From Eledone cirrhosa (taxonomy: Eukaryota): DNA of 64,000 bases. Under the pieces are notes generated by a model, which worked only from the letters and a program-made list of their open reading frames with translations, was not told the DNA's origin and did not search any database. The position numbers and the translations under genes were made by a program. Positions 56,201-64,000 of the stretch are shown one piece after another (the first letter of the stretch is position 1; each line of letters starts with the position of its first letter). The stretch is taken from the NCBI GenBank assembly GCA_964016885.1, contig OZ024740.1:439704001-439768000 (forward strand). The letters are read 5' to 3'.

Positions 56201-59200
56201 GTACTATACCAACCTCCCACAGTACTATACCAACCTACCCCAGTACTATACCAACCTCCCACAGTACTATACCAACCTACCCCAGTACTATACCAACCTC
56301 CCCCAGTACTGTACCAACCTCCCACAGTACTTTACCAACCTCCCACACTACTCTACCAACCTCCCCCTGTACTATACAAACCTCCCCCAGTACTATACAA
56401 ACCTCCCCCAGTACTATACCAACCTCCCACAGTACTATACCAACCTCCCCCAGTACTGTACCAACCTCCCACAGTACTTTACCAACCTCCCACAGTACTA
56501 TACCAACCTCCCCCAGTACTATACAAACCTCCCCCAGTACTATACAAACCTCCCCCAGTACTATACCAACCTCCCACAGTACTATACCAACCTCCCCCAG
56601 TAATATACCAACATACCCCAGTACTATACCACCCTAACACAGTACTATACCAACCTCCCACAGTACTATACCAACCTCCCACAGTACTATACCAACCTCT
56701 GCCAGTACTATACCAACCTACCACAGTATTATACCAACCTCCCCCAGTACTATACCAACCTACCCCAGTATTATACCAACCTCCCACAGTACTATACCAA
56801 CCTCCCCCAGTACTATACCAACCTCCCACAGTACTATACCAACCTCCCCCAGTACTATACCAACCTACCACAGTATTATACCAACCTCCCCCAGTACTAT
56901 ACCAACCTACCCCAGTATTATACCAACCTCCGCCAGTACTATACCAACCTCCCACAGTACTATACCAACCTCCGCCAGTACTATACCAACCTACCACAGT
57001 ATTATACCAACCTCCCCCAGTACTATACCAACCTACCACAGTATTATACCAACCTCCCCCAGTACTATACCAACCTACCCCAGTATTATACCAACCTCCC
57101 ACAGTACTACACCAACCTCCCCCAGTACTATACCAACCTCCCACAGTACTATACCAACCTCCCCCAGTACTATACCAACCTACCACAGTATTATACCAAC
57201 CTCCCCCAGTACTATACCAACCTACCCCAGTATTATACCAACCTCCCACAGTACTATACCAACCTCCCCCAGTACTATACCAACCTACCCCAGTATTATA
57301 CCAACCTCCCACAGTACTATACCAACCTCCCCCAGTACTATACCAACCTCCCCCAGTACTATACGAACCTCCGCCAGTACTATACCCCCCCCCCCAGTAC
57401 TATACGAACCTCCGCCAGTACTATACCAACCTCCCACAGTACTATACCAACCTCCCCCCAGTACTATACCAACCTACCCCAGTATTATACCAACCTACCC
57501 CAGTACTATACCAACCTCCCACAGTACTATACCAACCTCCCACAGTACTATACCAACCTCCCCCAGTACTACACCAACCTCCCCCAGTACTATACCAACC
57601 TACCCCAGTATTTTACCAACCTACCCCAGTACTATACCAACCTCCCACAGTACTATACCAACCTTCCACAGTGCTATACCAACCTACCCCAGTACTATAC
57701 CAACCTCCCACAGTACTATACCACCCTAACACAGTACTATACCAACCTCCCCCAGTACTATACCAACCTACCCCAGTATTATACCAACCTCCCACAGTAC
57801 TATACCAACCTCCCCCAGTACTATACCAACCTCCCACAGTACTATACCAACCTCCCCCAGTACTACACCAACCTCCCACAGTACTATACCAACCTCCCCC
57901 AGTACTATACCAACCTACCCCAGTATTATACCAACCTCCCCCAGTACTATACCAACCTCCCACAGTACTATACCAACCTCCCCCAGTACTATACCAACCT
58001 CCCACAGTACTATACCAACCTCCCCCAGTGCTATACCAACCTACCACAGTATTATACCAACCTCCCACAGTACTATACCAACCTCCCCCAGTACTATACC
58101 AAACTACCACAGTATTATACCAACCTCCCCCAGTACTATACCAACCTACCCCAGTATTATACCAACCTCCCACAGTACTATACCAACCTCGCCCAGTACT
58201 ATACCAACCTACCACAGTATTATACCAACCTCCCCCAGTACTATACCAACCTACCCCAGTATTATACCAACCTCCCACAGTACTATACCAACCTCCCCCA
58301 GTACTATACCAACCTCCCCCAGTACTATACCAACCTACCCCAGTACTATACCAACCTTCCACAGTACTACACCAACCTCCCACAGTACTATACCAACCTC
58401 CCCCAGTACTATACCAACCTCCCCCAGTACTATACCAACCTCCCACAGTACTATACCAACCTCCCCCAGTAATATACCAACCTACCCCAGTACTATACCA
58501 CCCTAACACAGTACTATCCCAACCTCCCACAGTACTATACCAACCTCCCACAGTACTATACCAACCTCCCCCAGTACTATACCAACCTACCCCAGTACTA
58601 TACCAACCTACCCCAGTATTATACCAACCTACCCCAGTATTATACCAACCTCACCCAGTATTATACCAACCTCCCACAGTACTATACCAACCTCCCACAG
58701 TACTATACCAACCTACCCCAGTACTATACCAACCTACCCCAGTATTATACCAACCTACCCCAGTACTATACCAACCTACCCCAGTATTATACCAACCTCA
58801 CCCAGTACTATACCAACCTCCCACAGTACTATACCAACCTCCCACAGTACTATACCAACCTAGCCCAGTACTATACCAACCTCCCACAGTACTATACCAA
58901 CCTACCCCAGTACTATACCAACCTCCCCCAGTTCTATACCAACCTCCCCCAGTATTATACCAACCTACCACAGTACTATACCAACCTACCCCAGTACAAT
59001 ACCAACCTACCCCAGTATTATACCAACCTACCCCAGTACTATACCAACCTCCCCCAGTTCTATACCAACCTCCCCCAGTATTATACCAACCTACCACAGT
59101 ACTATACCAACCTACCCCATTACAATACCAACCTACCCCAGTATTATACCAACCTACCCCAGTACTATACCAACCTCCCCCAGTACTATACCAACCTCCC

Positions 59201-62200
59201 CCAGTATTATACCAACCTACCACAGTACTATACCAACCTACACCAGTATTATACCAACCTCCCACAGTACTATACCAACCTCCCCCAGTACTATATCAAC
59301 CTCCCCCAGTATTATACCAACCTACCACAGTACTATACCAACCTACCCCAGTACTATACCAACCTTCCACAGTATTATACCAACCTACCCCAGTATTATA
59401 CCAACCTACCCCAGTATTATACCAACCTACCCCAGTTTTATACCAACCTACCCCAGTACTCTACCAACCTCCCACAGTACTATACCAACCTCCCCCAGTA
59501 CTATACCAACCTACCCCAGTACTATACCAACCTCGCCCAGTAGCATACCATCCTACCCCAGTATTATACCAACCTCCCCCAGTACTATACCAAACTCCCA
59601 CAGTACTATACCAACCTCCCACAGTACTATACCAACCTACCACAGTACTATACCAACCTCCCCCAGTACTATACCAACCTCCCACAGTACTATACCAAAC
59701 TACCACAGTACTATACCATCCTACCCCAGTATTATACCAGCCTACCCCAGTATTATACCAACCTACCCCAGTACTATACCAACCTCCCCCAGTACTATAC
59801 CAACCTCCCCCAGTACTATACCAACCTCCCCCAGTACTATACCAACCTACCCCAGTACTATACCAACCTCCCACAGTACTATACCAACCTACCCCAGTAC
59901 TATACCAACCTCGCCCAGTAGTATACCATCCTACCCCAGTATTATACCAACCTCCCCCAGTACTATCCCAGCCTACCCCGGTACTATACCAAACTCCCAC
60001 AGTACTATACCAACCTCCCACAGTGCTATACCAACCTCCCACAGTACTATACCAGCCTCACACAGTACTATACCAACCTACCCCAGTACTATACCAACCT
60101 CCCACAGTGCTATACCAACCTCCCACAGTACTATACCAGCCTCACACAGTACTATACCAACCTACCACAGTGCTATACCAACCTCCCACAGTACTATACC
60201 AACCTCCCCCAGTACTATACCAACCTCCCCCAGTACTATACCAACCTCCCCCAGTACTATACCAACCTCCCCCAGTAATATACCAACCTCCCACAGTATT
60301 ATACCAACCTCCCCCAGTACTATACCAACCTCCCACAGTACTATACCAACCTCCCCCAGTACTATACCAACCTCCCCCAGTACTATACCAACCTCCCACA
60401 GTATTATACCAACCTCCCCCAGTAATATACCAACCTACCCCAGTACTATACCACCCTAACACAGTACTATCCCAACCTCCCACAGTACTATACCAACCTC
60501 CCACAGTACTATACAAACCTCCCCCAGTACTATACCAACCTACCTCAGTACTATACCAACCTACCCCAGTATTATACCAACCTACCCCAGTATTATACCA
60601 ACCTCACCCAGTATTATACCAACCTCCCACAGTACTATACCAACCTCCCACAGTACTATACCAACCTACCCCAGTACTATACCAACCTACCTTAGTATTA
60701 TACCAACCTACCCCAGTACTATACCAACCTACCCCAGTATTATACCAACCTCACCCAGTACTATACCAACCTCCCACAGTACTATACCAACCTCCCACAG
60801 TACTATACCAACCTACCCCAGTACTATACCAACCTCCCACAGTACTATACCAACCTACCCCAGTACTATACCAACCTACCCCAGTATTATACCAACCTCA
60901 CCCAGTACTATACCAACCTCCCACAGTACTATACCAACCTCCCACAGTACTATACCAACCTCCCCCAGTAGTGTACCAACCTCCCACAGTACTTTACCAA
61001 CCTCCCACACTACTCTACCAACCTCCCCCAGTACTATACAAACCTCCCCCAGTACTATACAAACCTCCCCCAGTACTATACCAACCTCCCACAGTACTAT
61101 ACCAACCTCCCCCAGTACTGTACCAACCTCCCACAGTACTTTACCAACCTCCCACACTACTCTACCAACCTCCCCCTGTACTATACAAACCTCCCCCAGT
61201 ACTATACAAACCTCCCCCAGTACTATACCAACCTCCCACAGTACTATACCAACCTCCCCCAGTACTGTACCAACCTCCCACAGTACTTTACCAACCTCCC
61301 ACAGTACTATACCAACCTCCCCCAGTACTATACAAACCTCCCCCAGTACTATACAAACCTCCCCCAGTACTATACCAACCTCCCACAGTACTATACCAAC
61401 CTCCCCCAGTAATATACCAACATACCCCAGTACTATACCACCCTAACACAGTACTATACCAACCTCCCACAGTACTATACCAACCTCCCACAGTACTATA
61501 CCAACCTCTGCCAGTACTATACCAACCTACCACAGTATTATACCAACCTCCCCCAGTACTATACCAACCTACCCCAGTATTATACCAACCTCCCACAGTA
61601 CTATACCAACCTCCCCCAGTACTATACCAACCTCCCACAGTACTATACCAACCTCCCCCAGTACTATACCAACCTACCACAGTATTATACCAACCTCCCC
61701 CAGTACTATACCAACCTACCCCAGTATTATACCAACCTCCGCCAGTACTATACCAACCTCCCACAGTACTATACCAACCTCCGCCAGTACTATACCAACC
61801 TACCACAGTATTATACCAACCTCCCCCAGTACTATACCAACCTACCACAGTATTATACCAACCTCCCCCAGTACTATACCAACCTACCCCAGTATTATAC
61901 CAACCTCCCACAGTACTACACCAACCTCCCCCAGTACTATACCAACCTCCCACAGTACTATACCAACCTCCCCCAGTACTATACCAACCTACCACAGTAT
62001 TATACCAACCTCCCCCAGTACTATACCAACCTACCCCAGTATTATACCAACCTCCCACAGTACTATACCAACCTCCCCCAGTACTATACCAACCTACCCC
62101 AGTATTATACCAACCTCCCACAGTACTATACCAACCTCCCCCAGTACTATACCAACCTCCCCCAGTACTATACGAACCTCCGCCAGTACTATACCCCCCC

Positions 62201-64000
62201 CCCCCCCCCAGTACTATACGAACCTCCGCCAGTACTATACCAACCTCCCACAGTACTATACCAACCTCCCCCAGTACTATACCAACCTACCCCAGTATTA
62301 TACCAACCTACCCCAGTACTATACCAACCTCCCACAGTACTATACCAACCTCCCACAGTACTATACCAACCTCCCCCAGTACTACACCAACCTCCCCCAG
62401 TACTATACCAACCTACCCCAGTATTATACCAACCTACCCCAGTACTATACCAACCTCCCACAGTACTATACCAACCTTCCACAGTGCTATACCAACCTAC
62501 CCCAGTACTATACCAACCTCCCACAGTACTATACCACCCTAACACAGTACTATACCAACCTCCCCCAGTACTATACCAACCTACCCCAGTATTATACCAA
62601 CCTCCCACAGTACTATACCAACCTCCCCCAGTACTATACCAACCTCCCACAGTACTATACCAACCTCCCCCAGTACTACACCAACCTCCCACAGTACTAT
62701 ACCAACCTCCCCCAGTACTATACCAACCTACCCCAGTATTATACCAACCTCCCCCAGTACTATACCAACCTCCCACAGTACTATACCAACCTCCCCCAGT
62801 ACTATACCAACCTCCCACAGTACTATACCAACCTCCCCCAGTGCTATACCAACCTACCACAGTATTATACCAACCTCCCACAGTACTATACCAACCTCCC
62901 CCAGTACTATACCAAACTACCACAGTATTATACCAACCTCCCCCAGTACTATACCAACCTACCCCAGTATTATACCAACCTCCCACAGTACTATACCAAC
63001 CTCGCCCAGTACTATACCAACCTACCACAGTATTATACCAACCTCCCCCAGTACTATACCAACCTACCCCAGTATTATACCAACCTCCCACAGTACTATA
63101 CCAACCTCCCCCAGTACTATACCAACCTCCCCCAGTACTATACCAACCTACCCCAGTACTATACCAACCTTCCACAGTACTACACCAACCTCCCACAGTA
63201 CTATACCAACCTCCCCCAGTACTATACCAACCTCCCCCAGTACTATACCAACCTCCCACAGTACTATACCAACCTCCCCCAGTAATATACCAACCTACCC
63301 CAGTACTATACCACCCTAACACAGTACTATCCCAACCTCCCACAGTACTATACCAACCTCCCACAGTACTATACCAACCTCCCCCAGTACTATACCAACC
63401 TACCCCAGTACTATACCAACCTACCCCAGTATTATACCAACCTACCCCAGTATTATACCAACCTCACCCAGTATTATACCAACCTCCCACAGTACTATAC
63501 CAACCTCCCACAGTACTATACCAACCTACCCCAGTACTATACCAACCTACCCCAGTATTATACCAACCTACCCCAGTACTATACCAACCTACCCCAGTAT
63601 TATACCAACCTCACCCAGTACTATACCAACCTCCCACAGTACTATACCAACCTCCCACAGTACTATACCAACCTAGCCCAGTACTATACCAACCTCCCAC
63701 AGTACTATACCAACCTACCCCAGTACTATACCAACCTCCCCCAGTTCTATACCAACCTCCCCCAGTATTATACCAACCTACCACAGTACTATACCAACCT
63801 ACCCCAGTACAATACCAACCTACCCCAGTATTATACCAACCTACCCCAGTACTATACCAACCTCCCCCAGTTCTATACCAACCTCCCCCAGTATTATACC
63901 AACCTACCACAGTACTATACCAACCTACCCCATTACAATACCAACCTACCCCAGTATTATACCAACCTACCCCAGTACTATACCAACCTCCCCCAGTACT
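29298..64000. repeat. 21-bp satellite array, consensus CAGTACTATACCAACCTCCCC, over 34 kb (about 1650 units), running off the window end
   Basis: Continuous 21-nt periodicity with an AGTACT palindrome in most units. Recurrent variants include CCC/ACC, CCA/ACA and CTA/TTA. Confidence 0.99.

Noticed and set aside
29231-63910. Dozens of long ORFs (GGWYSTG, EVGIVL, STIPTSP and QYYTNLP repeats) as genes
   Set aside because: They arise automatically from a stop-free 21-bp unit and overlap in several frames on both strands. Only the VLYQPP frame is kept, as a low-weight hypothesis.
29298-64000. 21-bp array as a telomeric repeat, or as a relative of the adjacent 23-mer
   Set aside because: There is no TTAGGG-type unit and the G-rich strand points into the unique flank. 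Similarity to the 23-mer (gtat..ctgg..aggt) is too short to support homology.

Overview
AT-rich, microsatellite-rich eukaryotic (animal) DNA with no recognisable host gene. The repeat content suggests an invertebrate, possibly a cephalopod; this is inference only. Positions 1-28.4 kb are a dense cluster of retroelement remnants: four truncated Penelope-like element (PLE) coding remnants (RT and/or GIY-YIG), many PLE pseudo-LTR (pLTR) fragments with tandem or inverted architecture inserted in (TA)n, an R4/Dong-like RLE LINE inside a (TAA)n tract, a degenerate LINE RT, tRNA-derived SINEs and a mariner-type MITE. The main signal is RNA-structural. A 310-bp tandem array (8.4 apparently identical copies) carries one minimal type I hammerhead ribozyme per unit in a highly self-complementary monomer, which is a retrozyme-like candidate circular-RNA system. 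About ten further hammerhead motifs of several sequence families occur nearby, including U3-A8 core covariants. From 28.4 kb there is a 46/45/23-bp minisatellite, then more than 34 kb of a C-rich 21-bp satellite with multi-kb higher-order duplications. The long ORFs there are most likely repeat artefacts.
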